Positions 25,370 through 38,884 of a stretch of 64,000 nt of DNA are shown here, piece by piece. The notes below the pieces were generated by a model. The model did no database searches. It had not been told where the DNA came from and worked only from the letters and a program-made list of their open reading frames with translations. The DNA comes from Octopus vulgaris. Lineage: Eukaryota. The DNA lies in contig OX597814.1 of NCBI GenBank assembly GCA_951406725.2, forward strand, positions 58,094,001 through 58,158,000, read 5' to 3'. The stretch's first letter is position 1. The number at the start of each line of letters is the position of its first letter. A program made the position numbers and the translations under genes.

Positions 25370-27240
25370 AAGATGAGCATGTCTGTTTTATCATCGTCAA
25401 TTTCCTTTGAAGACATAAAGCATTTATCTTTCCTCCTCTCATGTCCTATAGCCATTTGCGTTAATTTTACTTGTCCAAAAATAAATGCTTCAGAATATTT
25501 TTTCTAGGAGTGGAACATCACTAACTATAATCGTTTTAAACAGAATACTTTTGTCACTCTTGCTTTCGGGTGTTGTTTTCTAAATGCAGCCAATATTATT
25601 CTTGTACTATCTTATTTATTAACTTAGCTTCCTGTTAAGTATATTATAAGTGGAATTGATTACTGAAAAAGATATAGAGTTTGAGACATGTTATGTTATT
25701 TTTGTTCTGTTGACTGTTGTAAATATTTTACTTGTTTAAAGTATCCCTACAGGGCAATTTCAGTCATTAGTGTCTCTTGTCTGCTGTCTACTTTATTATT
25801 TTCTAAACATTTGCCTATGTTTAGAGGAATTTCCATATCTTTCATCTATTATCTAACAGCATATTAGTGATTTTAATTAATATTTAATTTTCTGCTTTTT
25901 AAAGTTGCGTTACTGTATTTTTTAAACTGAATTTTATGTCAGTGTTAATTAAGAATTTTCTTTGTGAATCTGTAAACGTATGTGAGAGTGCTTCACTTGT
26001 TTGCAATGTGCAGTATACAAACTGACTTTATATTCAGAAGATTATGTCTGATTGTACCAGTGGAAGTTGTATATGTTTGCTGTCTGAACGAGTGTATTGG
26101 TTAGGTATGTTTGTTTAAGACATAAAAAGAAGAGGAGATAAATACATGGACGAGGCTATTTTGAGATCTATCCACTGTCTTTCCCGTTGTCCAAGGTCCG
26201 GCTTATCTTGCTGTTAGGAAACTCGTTTTCTTTTGGCCTTGAAATGAATCAATTTCCATCACAAAGACTTATTTTTGTTTTTGCAATTGTTTTGTTTCAG
26301 AGCTTTTCAATGGCATTAACACACTATATTTCTTTGTAGAAATATTGGCAATATTATTTGAATGGGTTTAGCTATTTTGTTTGGGATTTTAATTTGTTTC
26401 ATTACTGCTGTGATTGTTTCGGTGAACACTCTACTTACGTCGACGATATTGATCCCGGTATCTGTTTCCGGGAAATCTACCAAAACAAACTGTTTACATG
26501 TAAAATATTAACTTTACAGGGTATATCATTCGTATCAAAGTGTTTCACAATTTTTATATATATGAAGATTGTCGCCTTGGGTTGTTGTTTTATATAATTC
26601 AAATGTTAGAACATTCTGTAGTGATCATTATCATATTGCGTTCATATTTTCGTTAACGCACTTCCAGTTCCCCTCCCAATTGCTTTATTCAAATACATAT
26701 TCAGTTTCTTTGATACTTTGTTTTCTTTTAATATCTAAATTCACTACATTTTTAGATTTGAGGTTTTGCTTTTCGTATTTGCATTTTTAACATCTTTATT
26801 TATTCTTTCTGTTACTGATTCATTTCAGTTCGTGTTTAAGAATAATATGTATACGTATATATTTTAAATGTCTTACTATTTTCTCCTTCGGGTTTTTCTT
26901 CATTTCTTTTAGGGTTGATGTGGAATTGTGAATATGTTATGAGTCGTATACATCTTACGCGTGAATTCAGAGTTTTCATTACTCGAATGATATGATGGTT
27001 ACTTTATCACAAGTTTTGAAGGGTTGAGCTCTGGTTTCTAAATCATGTTCCTTCAGAAAGAGTACACTAACAGGTAAACACTAGCTTACAAACGTATCTG
27101 CCAATCCGTTATCAAGCTGCTTCTTATTTACTGTGTAACTTTTCATATGTACTTAATATTTTGGGAGCAGTTGAGTATTCATTTTCTTTTATTATATTTG
27201 TAATCATCTTAGTGTTCTTTTTAATTATTTTATGTTCAAT
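25370..27240 (-). pseudogene. Very old non-LTR retrotransposon remnant (R4/Dong-like?)
   Basis: Strand-skewed T-rich tract; minus strand gives PWTTGKTV (compare WLTTGKT.LIPK) near 26165-26190. Boundaries uncertain. Confidence 0.3.
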
Positions 27241-27399
27241 TTTATTAAGCATAATTTAAGAAATATACCAAAACTTTCTCCTTTCTTTCCTCAAAACAAT
27301 TACTTAGATCTTGGAAAATACACATAAAAATTTTCGAAGCAATATCAATAATAATAATAATAACAACAACAACAATAATAATAATAATAATAATACTTA

Positions 27400-27454
<55 letters not shown>

Positions 27455-27880
27455 CGTCGTCGTCGTTGTCGCCGTCGTCGTCATCGTCGTCGTCATTATC
27501 ATCGTCATCATTGAGATCAATACATGTTTTCAGAAATCCTATGTTGTTTGTTTCTTTGAATATTAACAGATAACCAAAGTTATATATTTGTAGTATTTTC
27601 CTAATTTCGATTCTACATAGTGGAATGCAAGCTATACAGTTAAATAAAAAACTTAAATTTCATTTCCAATAATAGTGAATAGATAAACAAACAATGTCAA
27701 AATTCCCTCATTCCTTTCGAATCAACTTGCTATAGTAACACTCTATTAGTTAATTGTTCAATTTTCCAAAAATATTTATATAAAATTCCATAGAGTGTAA
27801 ACATTGAGAATATTTAAATTGTAAATTTTTTCTAATACAGTGATCAAAATGATTAAATACAAAAACTGTTTGATATTTTT

Positions 27881-27932
<52 letters not shown>

Positions 27933-28051
27933 TATGTTGTCGCATATGTAAACATCGAAATATTTGCTCGCCACAAATAATCACAATAAGTGTTTATTCA
28001 CAAATATATAAATATGTTTTTTTTAAATATACATACATACATATATAATTA

Positions 28052-28107
<56 letters not shown>

Positions 28108-28311
28108 CATACGTTGTGTGTATATATTTATACATATAGGCATGTATGTATGTATGCATGCATGTATGTATGTATGTATATATATATATACATATATATA
28201 TATATTTATATATATATATATGTATATTCAAGCATATGTAGACATATTTGAGTATATACGTATATACGTATATACGTATATACGTATATATATATATATA
28301 TATATATATAT

Positions 28312-30263
28312 ACTTTGATACTTTGATAGGTTTCGGCCATTATTGGCCCAGGCCATGTCTAACTTAATAGCACCACCTGGTGAAGTCTTTCAAGTCAGAA
28401 TTTGGGCACTATGGCCCACTCAAGTAGAGAGTTATTGTTTACAGAGACATATCCGGGTGTAGGGGGTTTATCCGGGATTTCTTGAAGGAATCTGTCCAAA
28501 GACTTCTTGAACCCTATAGGGTCAGTTTCTGTTTTAATGTGTTTTGGTGTAATGTTAAAGAGAGCGGGGCCAATTGAGGTGAAATAATTGTGCCGTATTG
28601 TTGTTATGAGATGAGAGTGCGATTTTTGTTTTGGGCGGATGGCACGGGGCCCAAGCCTTGGATGTACCTTAAAGGTGATGCCAACATCATTTGGGCAATG
28701 CTGATGGAATATTTTCCACATCATGCAGATGATGTAGCGCTCACGACGACGTTGGAGAGAATAGAGTTTTAGCTTTTCTAGTCGACCCCAATAGTCGAGG
28801 CCTGTCATGCCATCTATCTTTTTTGTGATTGCCCTTTGAGGTGCTTCAACTTTTATGATACCTTGTATTGTGTGGGGAGACCACAGTGGACAACAGTATT
28901 CAAGGTGGGGTCGGGCAAAAGTGGAGAAGAGAAGGATAATGGTGTGGATATCTCTCGACTGGAAAGTTCTGAGAATCCAGGAACACATTCTGCGGGCCAT
29001 GTCAACTTTGGTGTTTATATGAGTGGCCCAGCTTATGTTGTTGTCCACAATTACTCCCAAGTCTCTGATGTTGTTGGACGCCGCGAGAGTTTCACCTGAA
29101 GGAAGGGAGTATGGGAGTTTCAGGGCATCCTCTTTTCCAAAGTGGATTAGCTCAAATTTATCCTCGTTCAGCAGCATATTGTTTTTTTCTGCCCATTGGA
29201 TAACAGCCAGTAGATCTGACTGAAGGCATGTCCGGTCACTCGCCTCATTTATGACCTTCTGTAGCTTGGAGTCATCTGCAAAAATTTTTATGTTGCTGTG
29301 TTTGATGATGTCATTAATGTCATTAATGTAAATGATGAAAAGAAGTGGGCCCAGCACAGTGCCTTGCGGAACGCCACTACTGACTTTGGCTGGGCTTGAT
29401 TTTACCCCTTCAACTACAACATGTTGAGATCTGTCTGTCAGGAAACACTTGATCCATTTCAGTAACTTTCCAGAGACACCAATGTTGGATAGTTTTTTCA
29501 ATAGGATCTTGTGATCGACCCTGTCGAAGGCCTTACTGAGATCAAGGTAGATGACATCGGTGTTGGAGCCCTCTCCCAAAGCTCTCAAAATGTCCTCAAA
29601 GTGATGCAGGAGCTGCGTTAGGCAGTCCCTTCCATTACGGAACCCATGTTGGTTGGAGATCAGCCGTCTGTTGCTTTCCAGAAATTGGGTTATTCGAGAT
29701 CTCACCACCCTCTCAAATACCTTGATGATATGAGAGGTGAGTGAGATCGGACGGTAATTCACTGCAAGGGACTTGTTTCCTTTTTGAAAACTGGGACAAC
29801 AGACTGGGACAGAAGGTTTTTTGGAATATAGCCAGCATCCAGTGAGTTTCTCCACAGATTAGCAAGGGGAGATGCAAGTTGGTGTCGACACACCTTCAGG
29901 ACACAAGCAGGGAACCTATCGGGGCCTACTGCTGAATTGTGTTTTATTTCGTTTATCGCCGCTAACACATCAGGGGCACTAAACGTTATGTCCGATATAG
30001 TGTGTTGGGGGTTGACATCACTGATACAGCCCAGATCGGCCATATCAGGATTGCTGAAAACAGAGCAGTATTGTTTCTGCAGTATCTCGGCCATGGATTT
30101 GGCATTATCTTGGAGAGTGCCAGTTTCGTCAATTAGAGGGCCTACAGTGGAGACAGTGACCCTGCGTTTCCTCGCAAATGAAAAGAACACTTTGGGGTTG
30201 AGTTTGATTTTTTCAATGGCCCACTTCTCCTCAGCTGATCTTTGGTTATTGATGAGGGTCTTC
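28312..30263 (-). mobile_element. 5'-truncated CR1/L2-group LINE inside (TA)n
   Basis: RT ORF, short 3' UTR with stem-loops, terminal (TATCAAAG)x2 on the - strand, and TA-rich tracts on both sides. Confidence 0.9.
28395..30263 (-). pseudogene. LINE ORF2 reverse transcriptase with a single frameshift near 29783
   Basis: NPKVFFSFAR...SAVGPD...VVPVFKK / GNKSLAVNYRPISLTS...QHGFR...YLDLSKAFDRVDH...SGVPQGTVLGPLLF...IFADDSKL...RDLGV...SLQRRRERY...IPDKP; joins ORFs 29759-30385 and 28395-29855. Confidence 0.93.
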
Positions 30264-30801
30264 ATATATATATATATATAAATATAAATATATATATATT
30301 TATATATACAGAGAGAGAGAGAGAGAACGAGAAGAAATGTAAGGGAAATAATGAGGAATATTTTGTTGGCCATAGGAGCATGCACAGTGGTAGTAGCTTT
30401 TGTGAAAGATACTAAACAAAGTGATGCTTAACATAAACGCGTGTGCGTAAAAAACTGACTGGGAAGCGTATATGATTATCTCATTAAAGATATAGGAAAT
30501 ATATTATACAAATACGATCTGTTTTTTCAGTGCCGAAACTTCGTGTTCTTCATTTGGTGGGGAGAAGGAAACTAGCCAAATTATAAAAGTGCCCCTGATG
30601 TTTAAAATGTTGCCTTTCAGCTATCCTTTCAGGACAAGGATTATGTTAGCAAATAATTCTTTGAAAGCAAGCAAAGTGTATGTATGCATGTATGTATATA
30701 TCTATGTGTGTATATGTATATATATATCTATATCTATATCTATTTATTTATACACTGACACACACATAAATATACATGCATATATATATATATGTATATA
30801 C

Positions 30802-30843
<42 letters not shown>

Positions 30844-31088
30844 GCACACACACACATATGTATATACATACATAGATTCATACCCACATACACACATACA
30901 TGTATATGTATGTATATATATATATACATTTAGTAAACAAAAGGAAGGAGGAGGATTTCGATTATATCCGCGTGGTGAATTGAAATTCAAAGTATATGTA
31001 TATAAAATAAAAGAAGGAAAAGGCACTCAGTTTACATAGTTTTAATACACTTCTAAATATATTTTATAAATGAAAATGTATTGTTTTT

Positions 31089-31119
31089 GTTAACCGGTTT
31101 CGCTTTCGCTAATCATGAC
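31089..31119 (-). ncRNA. Minimal type I hammerhead-like motif, variant core AUGAUUA
   Basis: On -: GTC ATGATTA GC-GAAA-GC GAAA CCGG TT AAC, within the Penelope pLTR. Confidence 0.6.
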
Positions 31120-33112
31120 AGTGAAGTTAGTGTAATTTCGAATTGTTTTAAGATTTTAATCCATGAAGTAAAAACATCTAAGGGAAGGTAGTTGGTGATC
31201 CTTATTATTCGGGACAGGGAAGGTAATTGCTCGTTTTGGGGAAGGGGATGAAGAATATACAAAAACTCAAAAAGCTAAAGTAATAAGTAAAATATGTACA
31301 TGTGATCATAAATTAAAATATATATTGAGATCAAAGTTGGTTATGCGTTTCTATTTAGGCGTGTTCTGTATTTTTCTATAAATATATTTTCTTCATTTAA
31401 ACACTTTGTACAGAAATTGCTCCTTTGCACTGGTAAATGGGGAAAACAGTGAAGTTTGGTTGGATATTACCTGCATATTTCTCTGTATGTTCACTCAAAC
31501 GAATCTTTGTGTTCTGTGGGAAACGGATCTGTTCCTTATGTAGTATGGTTCTCTAAGTGTCATATTTGCATGTCCTATATAGTTATCACCCCAACCTGAA
31601 TTTAGATTCTCGGAAGCACAAGTGAAGTTGATTTTCATTGTGAACCTTTCTCCTTGTTTGAATGGGAAATCCGAGCCTTCCAATAGGTTGGGGTATATTG
31701 CACAGTTTGAACGTCCACAATGTTTAACCATTGATTTCGTAGTTGCTGTGTAAATTTCGCATTTGTCAGAAGTATTTTCAGCGATTTGTGTTGCTTTTTG
31801 CATTTGATCAATTGATGTGTTTTCAGAATGCTGTTCATTTTTGAATCTCCTGTGAGCATAGGTAGATTTTGTACAATAATGTTATATGCCTCGTTGTTTC
31901 TAGGGCTGTGAGTTGATATATATGATAGTGTTTTGAGATGAGGCGTGGTATTACCATTTGTTTCCCTTGGTGTTTTAATGCCTAATTTCTTGGCACGCTT
32001 AATTCCATTGTCTACTGATGAGGATAAGGGTGGATATTGTCTTTCGGTTAGAATTCTGCTGAGACCTTGAAGACAGAGGTTCTGAGTATTTCCATCAGAC
32101 ACTATTGTAAAAATTCGTTTTGCTAAATTAAAGGACATATTTCTTTTGATGTGTTACGGGTGGCATGAGTTAAACAGATGTTGCTTCGAGTCCGTTGGCT
32201 TATGATAAATGTCAGTTTCAATTTGGTTGTTGACTTTTTTTATCATAATATCTAAGAAAGGGAACTACTCTTTGCTATATTCCATTGTAAATTGAATGTT
32301 GGGATTCCTATTATTTAGTATTGATTTAAATTCCAAAAGTTTATCAATGGTCTCCTTCCAAATGATAAAGCAGTCATCCAGATATCTTTTACAGTTCTCT
32401 GTCATATAATGACGAAATGGATGTCCATATTTTTGCAGTGACATTTCACATATGGTGAATTCGAAGTATCCCATTTTAGGTTCGCAAGAACAGGGACTGC
32501 TTTCCTTCCCATTGCTATTCCGCATTTTTGATGATAGCAAATGTCATCAAATAGGGAATAATTGTTCTCAAGTATAAATTTTAGAGTTTCAATAATAAAG
32601 ACTGACCTGGTTTATGCATTCTGGAAGTTCTTCGGGGTACTTTTCCAGCCACAGTGCAGAAGCTACAGATCCGTTTCCCACAGTACACACAAATTCCTTT
32701 GTGTGAACACATAGAGAGATAAGCAGGTAATATCCAACCAAACTTCACAATTTTCCTCATGTACTAGTGCACAAAATAACTTCTGTACATGAACGTTTAC
32801 ATAAGAAATATTTATCGAATAATACAGAACACGCCTAACTATGAACGTATGACCAACTTTGATCTCAGGATATATTCGTATTCATGATTACATACCCATC
32901 ACTGTACATATTTCTTCTCACTACCTTAGCTTTTGTGATTTTGTATATTTATTTATGCCCTCCCCAGAATATTTCCTTATCCCGAATAATGAAGACCACC
33001 AATTACATTCCTTCAGATGTTTCTACTTGTTGATTCATTCACAAACCCACAAACTTCCACACACATGGGCTAACATCTTGCTAAGAAAATACAAAACTAC
33101 AATAACTTCAAT

Positions 33113-33143
33113 GTCATGATTAGCGAAAGCGAAACAGATCGAC
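33113..33143 (+). ncRNA. Minimal type I hammerhead-like motif, variant core AUGAUUA
   Basis: GTC ATGATTA GC-GAAA-GC GAAA CAGA TC GAC; stem I GTC/GAC; in the inverted pLTR copy. Confidence 0.6.
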
Positions 33144-33228
33144 TAAAACTATACTCTTTCACTTATAAGATACATTAAAAAATATATATCAAAACTATAT
33201 AAACTGTGCGCATTTTCCTTCTTTTTTA

Positions 33229-33276
<48 letters not shown>

Positions 33277-33308
33277 TGCATACATAAAGCACACACACAC
33301 ACATATAT

Positions 33309-33347
<39 letters not shown>

Positions 33348-34362
33348 TACATACACACATATGTATATATATATATCATCAGCCATGTGCTCTCCTTGTG
33401 CTCAAGGCATGCGTTATCGAAACTCTCCACTCACCTCTGTATTCTGCTGCATGCATACATTCAGCCATACCTTTTTGGCCGGTCCATTATATAATATCAT
33501 CAGACCAGAAACTTATTTGACTTATTTTGACCTCTTGCTCTCTTCCCTAATGTTGTAATGATCTTGTGTTCGATATTTAATACCATTAATGCATAGCAGA
33601 TAAACATCAACTAAATATAAAACATTTAAATTTGAATCTGTCAAATTATTTGAAACCACATATTATCTTTGCACATATATGAATTTTGTATGAACAATTT
33701 CAGTAACTATAGTTTTACAGTCTCTGCTGTGATCGATATATATGTGAATGTTACTATATTTATGTTTGCGTTAAGGTGTGAGAAAAAAAGGACAGTGAGA
33801 TATTGAGAAGAAGGGAGAGTGCAAGAGAGGTTAAAAGGAGACTCAAATAGAAAGTTACTAGTAACATAAAGGAGCCTCACACTAGCACTTCTATTCTGCT
33901 ACCACTTTCTTATAAATATCAGCCTTTCAGCATTGTTTTTCTTGTGCCGTGTCCATATTACTTCTACGAACTCTTGAACTTGGAAAGTTATTCTTCAGAC
34001 TTACATGCATTATTCAGGCAAGACGTATTTTGTTTCTAACATCTTTGTTTGTAACATCCACGCTAAAAAATATGGGTCAAAAGAGGCACACGCGCGCACA
34101 CACACACACAAGATACCTACTGTGCAAAGTACAGTGATACTCTACAACTTCGGCACACATTTCCACCTCCCACTTGTAGCTTAGAGATACAACCCATCAA
34201 TCAACTTTTATACTCAAACTATTGATTACATTTCCTCGAGTGTATAACCTTTCTATCCTCGGCTTTATTTGATAATCGAAAAAGTTTATGATATATTATT
34301 CGGACATATAAAGATGACAGCATCTCAGTGCTAATCATGTTTCTATGTTATTTCTTTAACAG

Positions 34363-34378
34363 GTGCTTTCTTCACGAG
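34363..34378 (+). other. Candidate 16-nt micro-exon
   Basis: Branch-like gctaat at 34330, acceptor tttctttaacag| and donor gag|gtattt. Confidence 0.25.
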
Positions 34379-35097
34379 GTATTTGTACGCCTATTCGCTC
34401 ACTTACGAGCACAAGGTCAAGGGATATATTATTTTTTTTGTGGAAACATCTGTGTGTGTGTTGGTTGTTGTGATGTTGTGTTACTGTTGTTGAACATATT
34501 ATAGTCCTTATTTTACCCTCATAATTATAGTTATTACTGTTGTTTCTTCTGCTACAAATTGATGTACAAATTTTCTTATCCGCATATCGTTTCACTGACG
34601 TCAATGTAGCAGTGGTAGTAGCTGTTTTGACTGTGACGTCAATAATTTTAGTTGCTATGACGGCAGTGGTGGTTGCTGTTACTTTGATGCTGTTGTTGTC
34701 CTTTTTAAATATTATGGAATCACTACCGCTTTCTCCCTTTGAATTTCATCTTTATTATATCTTACTAAAATCAAATAAAATTAAATGAAACAAAAACAAA
34801 ACAATCATTATGTCATCGTTGAATTCGAGACTTTTATATTTATAATTGAAATTATATATTTGTTAAAAGCGACGACAGTTCAACGACATATCTTGCGGGT
34901 CAATATTTCTACAAGTGTGTCAAAGAAAGAATAAGAATAAATGAAATAAGTAAATAAATAGATAAATGAATCAATCACTTTAAGGTATTTTATTATTGCA
35001 AAAACAACAAATGATTGCTGAAACTTAGGGAGATCCAGCGGTTTGAGTTGATCTGAGGAGACGATGACAATAATAACAACGATCATAATTATAATAC

Positions 35098-35301
35098 TTT
35101 CTAATAGGACACAAGGCCTGAAATTTGGGGGGAGGGGCTAGTCGGTTATATAGACCCCTGCACGCAACTAGTACTTCTTTCATTGTTCCAAATGGATGAA
35201 AGACAAAATCAACCTCGGTGTTATTTGAAATCAGAACGTAAAGAGGGATGGAATGCCGCTAAACATTTTGCCCGGAGTTCTACCGATTTTGCCAGCTCAC
35301 C
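35098..35301 (-). mobile_element. SINE family 1 copy
   Basis: cacaaggcctgaaatttgggggaggggc...tcagaacgtaaag...ttttgccagctcacc. Confidence 0.75.
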
Positions 35302-35312
35302 AAGGAATAATG

Positions 35313-35363
<51 letters not shown>

Positions 35364-35366
<3 letters not shown>

Positions 35367-35780
35367 GCCCTGATGCATTACAAGACAGTGGCTCTCATGG
35401 CTTCTGATCTTAACTGATTGGAAGTGTGATCATGTACATTGTTTTGTCTTGGTATAAAAGATGGGCTACAGCAAATATTATGCTCAATACCACAGTTTTG
35501 CTTGTCAGTTGTTTGACCTTAACCAGTTGAGCATGTCCCTTAGTGGCTGACGATATGTGCATCTTTGACCACAAGCAGAAGGAGTAGGGGCGCATCATAG
35601 CGGTGTGTTGAAAGAATACTTGGAGGTTTGGATAATTCACCTTTGGAAACATGGGTGGTTAAACAATCCTTATTCAGGGACCTTTTGAGCGGGATGGGCT
35701 GGCTACTCGACCAGAAGAAAACTCTAACTGGGCCCCACCTGCAAGATCATGCACTATTTATCTTGATAGGAGATTACCAT
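35364..35780 (+). mobile_element. ~530-bp non-coding element in (AAT)n, copy 1 (3'-truncated)
   Basis: Highly similar to 37191-37698 and to the reverse complement of 61385-61914; (AAT)n on both sides. Confidence 0.85.
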
Positions 35781-35795
35781 AGCAATAATAATAAC

Positions 35796-35855
<60 letters not shown>

Positions 35856-36081
35856 GAATGTAATGGTTTCAAATTTGGCCAAAGGACAGGAACTTACAGA
35901 AAGAGGAAAATCGTTTTTATTCAAACGCGGCACATGAGTGGTCCTTAGATTTCTTGAGAACATAAAGACGGAATGCTTAGTTGATCTCGATAGTATTTGA
36001 ACCCAAACAACCAGAGGAAAAGGCGTTATGCTGTTTCTCCGACAAAATAACGATTCTGATAGCTCAGAACCCTAATACAAA

Positions 36082-37086
<1,005 letters not shown>

Positions 37087-37190
37087 CAATAATAATAATA
37101 ATAATAATGACGATGATGATAATGATAATAATAATGATATTAACAACAACAACAACAACAATAATAATAATAACAACAACAACAATAATA

Positions 37191-37698
37191 AATGCTCTGA
37201 TGCAGTACCAGATAGCGTCTCTAATGGCTTTTTGATCTTAACTGATTAGAAGAGTCATCACGTACATTTTTATGTCTTGTTATAAAAGATGGGGTACAGC
37301 AAATATTCTGCTCACTACTACAGATTTTCTTGTCAGTTGCTTACCCTTAATCAGTTGAGCATGTCACTTAGTGCATGACGATATGTGTATCTCTGATCAT
37401 GCGCAGAAGTAGTGAGGGATCATCATAGCCACATGTTGAGAGGAATTCTTTGAATAATTCACCTCAGGAAATATGGATGTTTGGTCTATCGTATTTAAAC
37501 AAACCATATTTAGAGGCCTTTTCAGCAGGATGGACTATATTTGTCTTCGTATAAGATCACAATGTCACGCCACGCACATATGGTTGTGCTGCATGCGCTT
37601 GGTGTACCTTTATCAGATAGGTAGTCATGATGGGTAAACTGGGCTTCGTATATTTATACTCGAGTGTCACCTTGATGGCTTGTACTACTCTCTCACTC
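37191..37698 (+). mobile_element. ~530-bp non-coding element in (AAT)n, copy 2
   Basis: Same 5' start as copy 1 (aaatgc(c/t)ctgatgca) and same 3' end as copy 3 (ctctctcactcaa then taa repeats). Confidence 0.85.
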
Positions 37699-37754
<56 letters not shown>

Positions 37755-38826
37755 GTTTTCCTTTCTACTTCAGAAGGAAGGAAAACTGATACAAATAGCG
37801 GCAAAACACGAGCAAAACAAAAAGCTGTTCTCAGTATTTAAGGAAGCAGACAAATACAAACAAGAAATCATACCACCTAATAAATATGAACAAGATGAAA
37901 AAACAACAAAAGCTATAAAACAAATGAAATCCAAACTAAAAACAGAACAGCAACGAACCATGATAAAACGATGGCAAGAAAAACCCCTTCATGGTAAATA
38001 ATGGACTAAACTAAATGCAAAAGAAATAGACAAAGAAAAATCCCAGCAATGGTTGAGAAGCTCAGGACTCAAAGCAGAGACAGAGGGATTTTTAATTGCA
38101 GCACAAGACCAAAGCCTTCCCACCAGAAATTACCAAAAACATGTAATGAAAAGAAGTATAACAAGTAACTACAGAATATGTGGAGATGGATAAGAAACAA
38201 TAAATCATATTATCTCTGGCTGTCCAGTCCTGGCTAAGAAGGAATATATTCACAGACAGGACAGAGTTGGGACCTACATACACTGGAAGCTATGCCAACA
38301 TTATGGAATAATAACAACAAAAAGATGGTATAGACACACACCAGAAAAGGTCACAGAAAACGAGAAAGCAACGATACTCTGGGATATGCCGATACACACA
38401 GATAGAGAAATTAAGGCCAACAGGCCAGATATAGTTGTCAGAGATCATGAAGAAAAAAATGCTTTCTAATTGATGTATCAATACCGGCAGATGACAACGT
38501 GTCTCTAAAAGAAATGGAGAAACTTTCAAAATACAAAGACCTGGAAATAGAGGTAACCAGAATGTGGAATCTAAAAGCAGAAACAATGTAGGTGCATTAG
38601 GCATGATAAAAAAATATTCAGACAAATACATAACAAAAACACCAGGACTTACTAACACATATAACATACAGAAAATTGCACTACTAGGCACTGCACACAT
38701 CCTACGCAGAACACTTTCCATACAATAACCATCAGAGCATCACAACAAATCACAGCACATACCTAAGGCACACAGAGCTGCGCTCGGTAGTGAAGTGAAA
38801 GCACGCTATAAAAATAAAACTACTGA
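37755..38826 (+). mobile_element. R4/Dong-clade retrotransposon 3' fragment B (best preserved)
   Basis: WQEKPLHGK, ETEGFLIAAQDQSLPTRNY, RICGDG*ETINHIISGC, ANRPDIVV...LIDVSIP...EKLSKYKDL (RLE PD-(D/E)xK nuclease) and QKIALLGTAHILRRTL*; (AAT)n on both sides. Confidence 0.92.
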
Positions 38827-38829
38827 ATG

Positions 38830-38869
<40 letters not shown>

Positions 38870-38884
38870 GAACAACAACAAAAA

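Larger units (their letters stand above)
31080..33150 (-). mobile_element. Penelope-like element with inverted pseudo-LTRs
   Basis: Minus-strand RYLDDCFIIW...NPNIQFTMEYS (PLE RT), FNLAKRIFTIVSD...RQYP and NYIGHANMTLR (GIY-YIG-like). 32667-33150 (+) is a diverged inverted copy of about 31085-31530 (cagatccgtttcccacag...gcaggtaatatccaaccaaacttcac). Confidence 0.88.

Noticed and set aside
28325-28360. Hammerhead at the LINE 3' end (ggcca-ataa-tggcc GAAAC on -)
   Set aside because: There is no CUGANGA-like core before the stem; better explained as a LINE 3' recognition stem-loop.
29775-29790. Programmed -1 frameshift in the LINE RT
   Set aside because: C-AAA-AAG is not an X-XXY-YYZ slippery heptamer, and LINE RT domains are not normally split here; a 1-nt deletion or sequencing error is simpler.
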